A DNA stretch of 63,590 nt, the filler included, from Octopus bimaculoides (taxonomy: Eukaryota): assembly GCF_001194135.2 (NCBI RefSeq). It is 4 parts of 4 records of this genome, joined end to end, with 100 filler letters (N's around TTAATTAATTAA, not from the genome) between each part and the next. Parts side by side here need not be neighbours in the genome. Positions count along the whole stretch, not along the records: positions 1 to 16,082 come from NC_069002.1; positions 16,183 to 39,309 come from NC_068981.1; 2 more parts are not named here. One strand, written 5' to 3'. The stretch's first letter is position 1; every line of letters starts with the position of its first letter. A program made the position numbers and the translations under genes. The notes beneath the pieces are model-generated. The model worked only from the letters and a program-made list of their open reading frames with translations. It was not told where the DNA came from and made no database searches. Shown one piece after another: positions 14,405 through 27,256 of this stretch.

Positions 14405-14785
14405 TCATTGTCTGACCGCAGACAGAATGGAAAAGGCGTTGCTCCACCGGAGGATGACGAGGAAGATGCGCTGGAACAACCACTCTAACTCACGGAGCTC
14501 ACACTTGCTGATAACCATCTCGACTCCGATAACGGTGAGTAGGGATATGGACCGGGGGGCCGAGAACGACAGAAATCTCCACCGTTACAGGTTCGTTGTG
14601 TTTCTCATGTTAACGGGCACTGGAGCCTCGGCTGATAACCGAACACACCAAGTTGCCGCAGGAGAAGGTGCCAGAGCATGCAGCATTCCAGAAATGATGC
14701 CAACCTCCACTGAAAGTGAAAGTTGATATACTGTCAGGTCTTTTACCGTCCAGTCGGGTTATCCCCGCTGGCTTGAGCTGGAAAA
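14405..14785 (-). mobile_element. Decayed CRE-clade non-LTR retrotransposon 3' end (REL endonuclease)
   Basis: Across frameshifts: KPAGITRLDGKRPDSISTFTFSGG..FWNAAC.GTF, EPVTVEISVVLGP, and IG.......RELEWLFQRIFLVILR.SNAFSILSAV*. This matches the DGKRPDG / EPVAVET / WL.QR....RGNA.SI signature I recall for CRE elements. Confidence 0.7.
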
Positions 14786-14901
14786 GGAAGCGTGCGGCGT
14801 TTAGGCTATGCTTTATGATTTCGTTAAAGACCTCACGACGTGGGAGGCGGCTGGGATTGTAATGGCTCTGCCTTCATCCTTTCAAGGTTGATAGAGGACA
14901 C

Positions 14902-15125
14902 CCGTGGTTAGGGTGTCGGACTCATGGTCGTAAGATTGTGGTTTCGATTCCTGAACCGGCGACGCGTTGTGTTCTTGAGCAAAACACTTCATTTCACGTT
15001 GCTCCAGTCCACTCAACTGGCAAAAATGAGTAACCCTGCGACGGACCGGCGACCCATCCAGTTGAGGAATATATACGCCATCGGAACCAGGAAGCCGGCC
15101 CTTATGAGTCAGCCTGACTCGAGAA
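14902..15125 (+). mobile_element. tRNA-derived SINE (CORE/V-like central domain)
   Basis: A/B-box head gtggttagggtgtcggactc...ggtttcgattcc, then gtgttcttgagcaaaacacttc and ccctgcgacggaccggcgacccatccag. Confidence 0.7.
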
Positions 15126-15221
15126 AGTAACAGTACTTTGGATTTTGTTCTTTTTTTTTCTTTTTCGAGGTAGATTAAACGATTCCCAGGTGAGCAATGG
15201 GGTCATGAGAGTTATTAAAAA

Positions 15222-15655
15222 GAAGGTGAGCTGATAGGACTTTTAACATGCCGGACAAAATTCTCAACGGCTTTTCGTCCGTCTTTACATTCTGAGTTCA
15301 AATTCTGCCAAGATCGACTTTACCTTTCATCCTTTCGGGGGCTTCCATAAAATAAGTACCAGTTGAACACTGGGGCCAATGTAACCGACTTAGCCCCTAC
15401 CCCACAAAATTCCAGACCTTGTGCCTACAACATAAAAGATTATCAAAACGGTGAGCTGGCAGAGTTGCTAGCATATCGGACAAAACTCTCAACAGCATTT
15501 CGTTTGTCGTTACATACTGAGTTCGATTTCCGCCGAGTTCTACATTTGCCTTTTGTCCTTCCCGGGCCGATAAAATATATACCGGTTGAGCACTGAGGTC
15601 GATGTAGTCAACTACCCGCTGCCCCTCCCCAATATTTCAGGCCTTGTGACTACAG
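15222..15655 (+). mobile_element. Two head-to-tail Deu/Nin-like SINE copies (15222-15440 and 15447-15655)
   Basis: Each has ggtgagctg...ctgagttc...cctttcatcc/ccttttgtcc...ataaaataagtaccagttg..cactg.ggtcgatgta...ggccttgtg. Confidence 0.75.
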
Positions 15656-16050
15656 TAATATATTACATGAGAGCGAAATAGTTGACAGTTCACCTTGTGT
15701 CGGGCATTTATTTGTTCGACACACTTTGTAAAATGTTATTCAAGAAAAAACATCAAAATACAGTCGTCTTAAGATGGAGAAAAATAAATGATTTTATCTT
15801 GATTGCTCGCATTCGATTTCTTAACTCAAATAATGCATTTTAACTTTAAATTCACGCACACACGCACACACACACACTGACACACACACACTCACACATA
15901 CAGACATGCAAACAGATATATGTATATATATACACACACACTCACACACACACACACACAAATACGCACAAACACAGCCACACACACATTAGGTACCTTA
16001 AGTTTTATCAAACGATAACATTGTTTATTCATATTTTGCTTTGTACGCAT

Positions 16051-16082
<32 letters not shown>

Positions 16083-16182
16083 NNNNNNNNNNNNNNNNNN
16101 NNNNNNNNNNNNNNNNNNNNNNNNNNTTAATTAATTAANNNNNNNNNNNNNNNNNNNNNNNNNNNNNNNNNNNNNNNNNNNN
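16083..16182. other. Artificial 100-bp scaffold join marker (44 N + TTAATTAATTAA + 44 N); identical markers at 39310-39409 and 52525-52624
   Basis: Three identical 44/12/44 structures; the 12-mer carries stop codons in all six frames. Confidence 0.9.
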
Positions 16183-16352
16183 TGACAACCGATGGTGGTG
16201 TGTTTACGTCCCCGTAACGTAGCGGTTCGGCAAAAAGAGACCGATAGAATAAGTACTAGGCTTACAAAGAATAAGTCCTGGGGTCGATTTTCTCGACTAA
16301 AAGCGGTGCTCCAGTATGGCCACAGTCAAATGACTGAAACAAGTAAAAGAGT
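16183..16352 (+). mobile_element. SINE 3' half
   Basis: tgacaaccgatggtggtgtgtttacgtccccgtaac.tagcggttcggcaaaaagagaccgatagaataagtac...gactgaaacaagtaaaagag. Confidence 0.85.
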
Positions 16353-17576
16353 AAAAGAGAGAGTATGTATGTATGTATGTATATATACATGCATGCATAC
16401 ATACATACATACATACGTACATACACATTGTCAACATCTGAGAAAATGTATGTGTGCAAATGATACAGTGGAAACGAGGCACAAAAGCAGGGAAAATATA
16501 TAGTGATATAACATGGAACGGAGAAAAATCAAGGGTAAGGGATAGGATACGTGGTTAAGGTTTAGGACTAAGACAAAATAAAGATAAACATAGGCCTACA
16601 ATAAAATTAAATAAAACATCAAACATTTGTGAATTACAGTGAAAATAACCGCGAAATGTACGGCGCGGAAGAAAAAACAATACATGCTTGGACGATGTCC
16701 TTAAGCAAATAACAGCGTAAAAGGATACATATGCTCACTTGGTGAAGTAATAGAGTGATCCGTAACTAGAGTGGAAGTAGGAAATAGCAAGCTGAGAACG
16801 AAGGGAGATAGAGTGGATAGGCAGAGAGATGGAGGGTGAGAAGAGAAAGAAAAGATAAAGAAACGGAAAGAGAGGCAAGGATAACTGGAGCGTCACAACT
16901 ATAGGAATAAACGGAACACAACGTGTGAGAAAATTTGGCTGTATGCGACAGCAATCATTAATGTAGGGAATGGTCACAAACCATAAAAACAACATAACAT
17001 ACAGGACAAATTCGAAATCCCCCTTCTGAAAGTTGATCCTTCATCAGCTATCGCGCAAAGGACTCTCGTAGTATCGACGCCTTGAGATAGAAACGCTCTC
17101 TTCGTGGCATCCGCAGGAATTGAGATACAATTATTCGGTAATTCATACAATAACTGCTAATTACTAAGGTAGTAATTTTAATGCAAGACATTCAGTTAGC
17201 AGAAACCTTAGCATGAGAGAGGATGAAGGCCAAATTTTTATTTACGTTTTGTTTGTTCTCTCACTACATGTTTTATTGTCTGTGTCCACAACTTATATTT
17301 AATATATACACGTACGCGCCGCACGCACACACACACCCATATGCGTGTGTGTCTTTGTACTGGTTCCCGCCCCACCCAGCTCTTGACAACAGATGTGGGT
17401 TTGTTTACATCTTCGTAATTTAGTAGCGCTCAAAAGAATCAACAGATTACGTACCAGACTTAAAAATAACTACTGGAGTCGATTTATTAGACCACAACCG
17501 TCAAAGCGATTCATCAACATGGCCACTGTCTGATTCACAAATTCATTATTCACACACACACAGCATACACATAGAA

Positions 17577-17623
<47 letters not shown>

Positions 17624-17859
17624 TATATATGTACATACAAAAACGCATATGCACATATACATATACAAATACATATATTCATGTATACATATATATACAG
17701 ACACATGTATAGGTACATATATGCACATATATACACAAATATACATACACACATACGTATATTTAGATATCCATCATTATATACGTTTATACATATATAC
17801 ATATCTTCATCTATACACACACATATCCATACATACTCATATATTTTCATACATAGACA

Positions 17860-18164
17860 TATGCTTGCGGGTCCTGAAAAGTTCCTGTTGGCTTACATGT
17901 TCCATGTAGCACACATGAACGATACACACAAATATATATCAATTATAACTAGAGAAACATTTGTCTCTTTCCCACCGTGAAATGCAATAGGGCTGTCTTT
18001 TCAACCTTACACACACGCACATATGCAGGTCTTAGCAAAACTGAAGGACCGCTGCAATAAGTGTGTGAATCTGAGAGGGGAATATGTTGAATAAAATCAT
18101 AATTTACTGATCCTCATGTATTTTCTTTTACCCAACGTCAGGAACTTTTCAGTATCTCTTCGTA
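17860..18164 (+). mobile_element. Internally deleted mariner-derived mini-element, interrupted by CA-rich sequence
   Basis: Left TIR-like gcgggtcctgaaaagttcctg; right TIR caggaacttttcagtatctcttcg+TA. Internal KLKDRCNKCVNLRGEYVE* is a mariner C-terminus. Confidence 0.7.
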
Positions 18165-18169
18165 TACTG

Positions 18170-18335
18170 GCTGCAACTCGATTTCCAGCCATGTCGTCGC
18201 TTGGAAATCGGATGTAGCTTTTCAGTCCTGTTTGGGAACTACACTCTTTTGCACAAATGTGGTAATGATGAAGGTCTCTTGCTGCAGGTGTTCAAAGAGT
18301 TACCACCCACGCTGACACATGTCATGTTTCATAGA
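18170..18335 (-). mobile_element. RTE-like LINE C-terminal zinc-finger remnant
   Basis: YHICAKECSSQTGLKSYIRF resembles the C..C...C.S..GL.SH.R.H tail finger of RTE elements. Confidence 0.5.
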
Positions 18336-18382
18336 AATTTTCATTGTTTTGCTTTTTTTTCGACAACGGTCATCCACTGTTG

Positions 18383-18757
18383 TTTTTGTTGGCACTCCGT
18401 CGCTTACGACGTCGAGGGTTCCAGTTGATCCGATCAACGGAACAGCCTGCTCGTGAAATTAACGTGCAAGTGGCTGAGCACTCCACAGACACGTGTACCC
18501 TTAACGTAGTTGTCGGGGATATTCAGCGTGACACAGTGTGACAAGGCTGGCCCTTTGAATTACAGGCACAACAGAAACAGGAAGTAAGAGTGAGAGAAAG
18601 TTGTGGTGAAAGTACAGCAGGGTTCGCCACCATCCCCTGCCGGAGCCTCGTGGAGCTTTTAGGTGTTTTCGCTCAATAAACACTCACAACGCCCGGTCTA
18701 GGAATCGAAACCGCGATCCCATGACCGCAAGTCCGCTGCCATAACCATTGGGCCACT
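18383..18757 (-). mobile_element. Near full-length tRNA-derived SINE
   Basis: Reverse-complement head agtggcccaatggttatggcagcggacttgcggtcatgggatcgcggtttcgattcctagaccggg with A and B boxes. A fragment of the body recurs at about 5270-5320. Confidence 0.8.
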
Positions 18758-19125
18758 GTAAATAGCACATAATTGGGACATTAATAGTCAAGTGATGCCT
18801 GCATCTGATGCTTCTTAAAGTGAAGAAAAGCCTTGCGCAGAGCCAATCCCATTCTTTAAGCAACGAATACAGTAGCTCAAAAAACACTGGTCTACATTTC
18901 TGGACGTAAACGATGTGGCAAATGTTACATCAGAGTTTTCCTTCTCCCAGAGAGATATATAAACAAAAATTAGGGGTCTTTCGCAACCAGCTGTTGGATT
19001 GCTGTTAACTCTACTGAGTTCATCCGCCCTTTGAAAGGTTTTGTTTTTCGTCTTGCAGGGTGTCTAATGAAAACCCCCTGTTTATTAAGCTGGCTTTCTA
19101 GAGTTGCTGGTTTTGTCACCGACGT

Positions 19126-19162
<37 letters not shown>

Positions 19163-19249
19163 CGCGCGCACACACACACATGAATATATACATAGCTACA
19201 CACACGTACACATATATACATGTTTGGATACATAAATATATATATACAT

Positions 19250-19440
19250 GCATGGCTGTGGTAAGAAGGTGTGTGGTAAGAAGCACGGGCGTGGCTGTGT
19301 GGTAAGAAGTTTGCTTCCCAATCACATGGTTCCGGATTCAGTCCCACTGTGTGGAACCTGGGGCAAGTGTCTTCTACTATCACCTCAGGCTGACTAAAGC
19401 CTTGAAAGAAGCTCGTCATATATATAATAGTATATATATG

Positions 19441-19491
<51 letters not shown>

Positions 19492-19790
19492 TTATATCTA
19501 TGTGTGTGTGCGTGTATATATATTTATATCTATTTGTGTGTGTGTGTGTGTGTGTGCATGCGTGTGTGTATGCGTGTGTCATTGTGTCTACGTTTAACCC
19601 CCACCACCGCTTGTCAACCGGTGTTAGTGTTTTTACACCACCGTAACTTAACGGTTCAGCAAAAGAGACCGATAGAATAAGTACTAGACTTTAAAAAATA
19701 AGTCATGGGTTGGATTTGCTGGACTAAAACCTTTCAAGGCGGTGTCCCAGCATGGCCGCAATTAAATGACTGAAAAGGCAAAAGGTAAAA
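19250..19790 (+). mobile_element. Full-length SINE with a duplicated 5' start and internal microsatellite
   Basis: ggctgtgtggtaagaagtttgcttcccaatcacatggttccggattcagtcccactgtgtgg...aaggcggtgtcccagcatggccgca...gactgaaa. Confidence 0.85.
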
Positions 19791-20414
19791 AGTATATATG
19801 TATATATATATATATATATATATACATANNNNNNNNNNATATAAATATATATACATATACATGTATGTGTGTGTATGTGTGTGTAATATATATATATATA
19901 TACATATATGTATGTATGTATATGATTGTATGTATGTATGTATGTATGTATGTGTGTGTATGTATTTTTATGAAAGTAAAATATACATACACACACATAA
20001 ACACATGTGAAAAATCTGATAATTCTCTTCGTCTCTACTCAAGAGTTTCTTACGCCATGCGATCATTGAAGCAATAAAATGGTGACATAGTGCGAGAGCT
20101 TTGCATTAATCTATTCTTAAAAGTAGATGGATTGCAGCTTCCAGAAAAAGAGACGAAACTTTCGACTCGTAAATGTTTCGAAATGTCTGTCTGATGAAGA
20201 AATGACACAAACAATACAAAAAGCAAAAAGGAAACTGTAAAACACTTTAACTGAAAATAATAGTACCCAGACAGGTTTTCAATATGACGTGTATAAAAAT
20301 GTTGCTAATCTTTATCATATAGACAAAAATACAGTCATATGCATGTACACATATTTGCTGATATGCACATACATACGTACATCCATACACTAATACATAC
20401 TTACATACATACAT

Positions 20415-20466
<52 letters not shown>

Positions 20467-20745
20467 NNNNNNNNNNNNNNNNNNNNNNNNNNNNNNNNNN
20501 NNNNNNNNNNNNNNNNNNNNNNNNNNNNNNNNNNNNNNNNNNNNNNNNNNNNNNNNNNNNNNNNNNNNNNNNNNNNNNNNNNNNNNNNNNNNNNNNNNNN
20601 NNNNNNNNNNNNNNNNNNNNNNNNNNNNNNTATATATATTGTTGTATTTGGGGATGGTCATGTTGCCAGTTTAGCCAATAAAAACACACGCACTATATAT
20701 TTGGTGTTAATTTGCTTCAGCTTTATATTACATTAATCGTATTTC

Positions 20746-20790
20746 GGCCAGAGTTCTTTCGTCACACTTCTGTGACCTCATCAGTGGTCC
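20746..20790 (-). ncRNA. Minimal type-I hammerhead ribozyme fold
   Basis: GGACCA CUGAUGA G GUCACA gaag UGUGAC GAAA G aa C UC UGGCC. Canonical core boxes, perfect 6-bp stem II, stem I CCA/UGG. Confidence 0.6.
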
Positions 20791-21736
20791 TTTGCTTTCT
20801 TCTTTCTTATTTGTGTATCCCTCCTTACTAAAGATCAGCCATTTTGTATTTTGTATTCCTATTGTATGTGTCTATATTTGCGCATGCGTATCTCTCTATG
20901 TGTGTCTATGTGTGTCTATGTTTTTGTAAGTGCATGTGTGTGTATGGGGAGTGCCTGTATTATCTGTATCTCCTGTTTATACATGTTTGTTTAATTAGTT
21001 TTCATTTATTAGTTCATGTGTTTATACCTACTTTTTTTTGTATTTAATTTTATTTTGTAAACGTAGGCTTTGGTCGGCTAGAGGCTATAATAGAAGACAC
21101 TTGCCCAAGGTGCCACGCAGTGGGAATGAACCCAGAACCATGTTGTTGGTAAGCAAGCTATATATATGTTATGTCTCAAGCTACTGCTATCTAGCACCAT
21201 CGGATGATCTCTACTCAACCGCTAACCGACTGCTACTCAACTCTTCTACCACGGCTAGACTACATCTATATGTCTTAGGCGATCCTACTTCTTCGCTTGG
21301 GGGCGTCGACACAACAATATATATATACACGCACACACACACACATTTATTAATATTTAGTAGAAGCAAGACTAACTCAAGGCCCGAGAGTTTCTTGTGT
21401 TGGCACTTATTAAGAAAAATATATATACGAGTTCTATTCCGAGTTCTATTTTACTTATTTGCACCACAAAACCTATATGTATGTATGTATGTCATTATTC
21501 AGTTTATTTCAAGATTTCTTGCCAATAGAGGAAGAACCGGTTTCTAACCTAGATCCTTCATTGGAATTTCAACATCAGCAACAATGTATGTACGTACGAA
21601 TATCTGTCTGTCTGTCTGTCTGTATGTATGTATGTATGTATGTATGCATGTATGTATGTGTGTATGTACGTATGTATGTATGTATGTATGCATGCATGTA
21701 TGTATTATGTATCTATATGGAGAAAGAGAAAGAAAG

Positions 21737-21773
<37 letters not shown>

Positions 21774-22696
21774 GAGAGAGAGAGAGGAAGAGAGAAATAG
21801 AGCGAGAGAAAGAGAGGGAAAGAGATAAACTCATATAAAAGCATGCACTGCATATTAATATGTAAGAAAACAAGCTGTAATTTAGGGCTGTTAGTTTTGA
21901 AGCTGTTAAAAAGACATACACCCAATACACACACTCACACACACATACAAACGCTCATGAGCACACACAACACTCAACACACACACACACGCACACACAG
22001 ACAAGAGGTAGGTGTGTTGCTGTGTTAAACAACAATACTTTAATATGTATACATTTGCGAATGGACGGTCTGGAGACTAAAGTGTAAGCAGAGAAGGCCT
22101 AGCGGGGATTGAGAACGAGTAGAAAGCAAATTGAAGGCAACGACAAAATAGACGATGATAACAAGAGAAACAAAAGGCGAAGAAAAAATAGAATGAATAC
22201 GATGATGATGATGATGGTGATGATGATGATGGTGGTGGTGGTGGTGGTGGTGGTCGTGGTGGTCGTGGTGGTGGTGGAACAGAAATTACAAACGATGACA
22301 AACTTCCATGATTCAAAGTTGACAAAACTGTATATGAAATCCGTCTAGATTTTTGTTTCCCTCGACAGAAGACATCACAATTTGGAAACACTGAGGTTCT
22401 GTCTATGTATGTGCTTTCATATTAATGTATGTATGTATGTATGTATGTATGTATGTATGTATGTATGTATGTGTGTGTGTCTGTATGTGTGTGTGTGTGT
22501 ACGTGCGTGTGTGTATGTTTGCCAATACGCTTGTGTTTGCAAATGTGCGTGTATGTGTGCGCGCAATTGTGAATGATAGCATATGTACGTGCATGTGAGC
22601 GTATCACAGTATATACCATACTGTTGAGTCACTCTTTTACAGCTATGTAGCCTCACACACACACACACATACACACACACTCACACACACACGCAC

Positions 22697-22745
<49 letters not shown>

Positions 22746-22803
22746 TTCTTTCATATACTTACGCTCGTATACATTTCCTAATGCATAAATACAACAGGCT
22801 CAT

Positions 22804-22842
<39 letters not shown>

Positions 22843-23094
22843 ACAGACACACACACACACACGCACGTATATACACACACAAACACATGTAGGAATGTAT
22901 GTGAGATGGATGAGTTGCTCCTGTTTCAGTTCTTATATCAGATAAGATTTACAGCCGAGATGAAAATGAAGTCGACATAAACACTGCTACTCGAGTCAAC
23001 AATATTTTCTCGACATATATACATGTACCAGTCGTTAAAATTAAAATTTCTTTTGAAATAAAAGAACACCTATCCCTTAAAAACCAGACAGCTT

Positions 23095-23570
23095 GTTCTT
23101 CTCTTTTCTTTTTTATACTTGTTTCAGTCATTGGACTGCGGCCCACAAGACCCAGATATCTTTTTTCTCTCCCTTTTGTTTCTTATTTTCTTAGAAATTG
23201 GACTGCGGCACCGCCTTCAAAGATCGACCCCCAAAACCTCTGCTTTAACTCTTTCTTTTCTTTTCTTTTCTTTTTTGTTTTAGTTCTTGTTTTGTAACGT
23301 CTGGTGCTTATTCTATCGTCGTCTTTTGCCGGACCGCTAAGTTACGGGTACGTGAATAAACCAGTACCGGTTGTCAAGCCGTTGTTGTGTGTGACAAACA
23401 CAAACACAGACAGACATACATTACGACGGGCTTCCACACAGTTTCCGTCTACTAAATTCACTAACAAAGTATTGGTCACCCTGAGGCTATAGTAGAAGAC
23501 ACTTACCCAAAGTGCCGCGCAGTGTGACTGACTCCGAAGCCACGTGGTTGCAAAGCGAGCTTTTAAATCA
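23095..23570 (-). mobile_element. SINE, same family as 19250-19790, opposite strand
   Basis: Reverse complement of the family blocks (cttgtttcagtcattggactgcggcc, gacgggcttcc, ctatagtagaagacactt). Confidence 0.8.
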
Positions 23571-23744
23571 CTTATATCCACCATTTCGTTTAACTAATTT
23601 TTTTTCACCCCTATTGAATAAAAATTGCAGGTCAATAAAAAACTATCAATGTAGTCATCGAATCTGCTAGAGATATCAACGAAATCAATAAAATGAAGTC
23701 TTCATCTGACTCGAGAAACGGCGGACTGAGCATTTGCCTTTTGT

Positions 23745-23936
23745 CTTTAGCTTGTTTCAGTCATTAGGCTGTGGCCATGCAGGGGCACCGTCTTGAAGAA
23801 TTTCTGGTCGAACAAATCGACCGAATGTTTATTTTTTTCTAAGTCTGGTACTAATTCTATCGGGTCTCTTTTTACCGAACCGCTAACAAACCAACATCAG
23901 TTGTCTGGTGGTGATATAAGACAAACACAAAAACAC

Positions 23937-23940
<4 letters not shown>
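23745..23940 (-). mobile_element. SINE 3' half
   Basis: cttgtttcagtcattaggctgtggccatgcaggggcaccg...ttctatcgggtctcttttaccgaaccgctaa. Confidence 0.75.
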
Positions 23941-24006
<66 letters not shown>

Positions 24007-25073
24007 CTTTTTATGATTGGATATTATGTAAGTGAAGATATTTCTACCACTTACAAAACAAAAGAAAAAAGAAGAAAAAAAGAGAAACTAGACGACGTGA
24101 GTAGGAAATACCAGTAGGACAGACAACTGTTGAACAGAAATCCTGTGATTGACGACGGGATAGAGAAGGTGAAGCCGCGAAAGATATGCCATAAGAAACT
24201 GATAAATATTAAATGCAATGATCCTCCGTCGATTTTGACAATAAGTATTCAGTTGTTCGATCAACAGAATGATATATGCTTTGATATGATGAGTGAACTA
24301 CCTGATTATTCTACAGGCATCCTTAACATAATTCCCAGGGAAAATCAACGTGATACAGCGTGTAACATGGTTGAAGCTTTAAATTATATGTGTAACACAT
24401 TTGTCGGGCTTTCGTATAATTTCTGACTATCAAATTTAACTTTCAAGGTTTGGTTCAAACTAAATCTGTGGTAAAGCTTAAAAAAAAAAAAAAAAAATCA
24501 AAACTACTTATCGAAGATTCTACACACTGAGAATGAAACCGGAACCTCGCACGTGAAAAACGACCTTGTTAACCATTCAGCCAGCATACATACACGTCAG
24601 ACGTTCACCAGTGTTAACTAGTGACACTAAACAGAAGACTAAAAAGTAGTGATAACGGTATACTGAGGCTGTCATCTAGCTGTAGATTGACAACGAACGA
24701 ATAATGACTAATGTCTGGAGAATCACATAGTCAATATGATACCAACGTCCTAAACAAAGAATCGGTGTCTTAATCATTTTAGAAGTAAATATGCACCACT
24801 GGGCTCTGCTACGCTCGAGTAGAAGAACAAAATCTGATATTCTGTTTCTATTCCCAACTGTAGCATTTTCTCTTTATTTGAATTATTAAAACTCATTTCC
24901 TGTCCCTTACAAACCTGAAGTTCATGCCTACTTGGTGAAGGCGATATGAAAATCACTCCAGTGTATTTCTATAAAGAGACATCTCTTTTGGGGATAGTTT
25001 AGAAGTGTTTGATACGATGATATTACGAGAGAGAGAGAGAGTCATAAAAATAAAAGGAGGGTGTAGGCAGCAT

Positions 25074-25147
<74 letters not shown>

Positions 25148-25391
25148 TTATNNNNNNNNNNNNNNNNNNNNNNNNNNNNNNNNNNNNNNNNNNNNNNNNN
25201 NNNNNNNNNNNNNNNNNNNNNNNNNNNNNNNNNNNNNNNNNNNNNNNNNNNNNNNNNNNNNNNNNNNNNNNNNNNNNNNNNNNNNNNNNNNNNNNNNNNN
25301 NNNNNNNNNNNNNNNNNNNNNNNNNNNNNNNNNNNNNNNNNNNNNNNNNNNNNNNNNNNNNNNNNNNNNNNNNNNNNNNNNNNNNNNNNNN

Positions 25392-25446
<55 letters not shown>

Positions 25447-25461
25447 TCTCAACAAAAAAGT

Positions 25462-25628
25462 ATTCCACACGGCCTGACATTTGGGGGATGAGGCTGGTCG
25501 ATTACATCGATGCCAAAAGAACGAAAGACAAAGTCAACCTCGGCGATAATTGAATTCAGAACGTAAAGACGGATGAAATGCCACTAAGCATTTTATCCGG
25601 CGTGCTAACGATTCTGCCAGTTCGCCGC
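25462..25628 (-). mobile_element. Deu/Nin-like SINE
   Basis: aaagtcaacctcggcgataattgaattcagaacgtaaagacggatgaaatgccactaagcattttatccggcgtgctaacgattctgccag. Confidence 0.8.
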
Positions 25629-25689
25629 TTTAAATGTCGATTAATAAACATAATTAATTTCAGTTCTTACTAATAACTGCATTGTTTCT

Positions 25690-26836
25690 TTTCAGCAACC
25701 TGACTTCTGACTGCTCAAAGAGGACTTCCAAGTAACTACTAGTGACTTCTCTTGAAAATGGACAAAATTTGGCATCGTGGTGTTATTAAGTTCCTGCACA
25801 AAAACCTTCCAACGATATCTGTGCTGACATTGTTGCTTCATTAGAGGAAGACGATCCAGCTTTATCAACAGTGCAAAAATGAACTGCTGAATTGAGGAAG
25901 GGAAGGGAAAATCTTGAAGATGACTCAAGGTCTGAACCTCCTGTAACTGCCACTACCGAGGATGGTGATAGATGACAGGCGATTGTCTATAAATCAAATA
26001 ACCAATGCTATTAGCACATCCCGTTGAAGAGTTGAGAATATTTTGTACAATGAATTTGGTATGACGGAAGTTCCTGCTTTGTGGCCACCACGTCTTCTGA
26101 CACCTGATCAAAAGAGCATCAGGCTGATCATTTTACGGTAAAATCTGACATTGTTTGAGACCGATCCAGCTGGTTTCATTGAACGTTTACTCACCCAGGA
26201 TGAATGTTAGCTTCATTACTTTGAGCCAGCGACAGAAACAATCCACGCCGTGAAAAGACCCTGTCTCACCTGCTCCAAGGAAGGCCAAGTTCGTTTCATC
26301 GGCAGGAAAAGTGATGACCAGTTTTTCGGATGTAAAAAGCATTGTGTTTATTGACTATCTTCAAAAGGACCACGCCATCAATGGAGAGTTCTGTGCCAAC
26401 TTGTTGAGGTAGTTACAAAAGGCTATCAAGACCATGTGCCCAGAAAAACTGACGAAAGGGGTCTTGTTTCATCAGGACAATTCTACAGCACACAAGTGCT
26501 TGATTTCGATGGCTGCTGTGCGTGCCTGTGGCTTTGAACTGATTGAAGACCTTCACTATTCTCCTGATTTGGCCCCGTCTGTCTATCATCTGTTCTCCAA
26601 TATGAAAAAACACTTAGCTGGGGACCAGTATCGCAGTGATGATGACGTCATATCTGCTGTAGATGACCCTTCTTGAACAGGATGAAGGCTTCTTCACCAA
26701 TGGGATCCAAGCACCACAACATCGATGGAAGAAGTCTGTGGCCCACAAGGGGACTATGTTGAAAAATATACTTCATTTGGTCAAATTCCATGAAAATATC
26801 TTTGTCAGCCTATGAACTTTTCAGCCGACCTTCGTA
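25690..26836 (+). mobile_element. Decayed mariner (Tc1/mariner) DNA transposon, right TIR retained
   Basis: Pseudo-ORF from ATG 25758 (MDKIWHRGVIKF...), WPPRLLTPDQK, TQDEC*LHYFEP, LFHQDNSTAH, YSPDLAPS, GDYVEK-like end. Right TIR cagcctatgaacttttcagccgaccttcg followed by TA at 26835-26836. Left TIR not found. Confidence 0.9.
25758..26768 (+). pseudogene. Mariner transposase pseudogene
   Basis: Multiple stops and frameshifts. The third catalytic Asp (YSPDLAPSD) reads as V. Confidence 0.85.
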
Positions 26837-27004
26837 TACAAAAAGATCATGGCTGAGTCCCTGCTAAGTTAAGGCTGACTCTGAGCTAACCAAGAGCAGC
26901 AACAAAAGCAACAACAACAACAACGACGACAACAACAATAGTGTTTATTGAGGTGGTCCTTTAGTTGGATTGCATTTATTTATCTCTTTATGTGGAGACT
27001 ATCT

Positions 27005-27175
27005 ATGTGATGGCTTCATCTGCTAGAAATAACAGCCAAATTCTTTAGATCACAACCCACCACTCTAGATAAGGGAGTGGCACGTTTAATAATGTCGTCC
27101 CACATTCCTTTAAATATAAAGAGATGGTCACGGCTGGAATGCCTTTGATTAGGACGACTTCGATCTAAACAACAA
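27005..27175 (+). mobile_element. Dispersed repeat (atctgctagaaataacagccaaa family), probably a SINE
   Basis: Related blocks at about 415-520, 23655-23680 and 40975-41000; ends in an AAC tail. Confidence 0.5.
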
Positions 27176-27222
27176 TAACAAGTCTAACTCTAGCTACAGC
27201 TACTACTACTACTACTACTACA

Positions 27223-27256
<34 letters not shown>

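Noticed and set aside
16127-16138. TTAATTAATTAA recurring inside gaps (also 39354 and 52569), resembling a homeodomain motif
   Set aside because: The identical 44N/12/44N layout with six-frame stops is a scaffolding spacer, not genomic DNA.
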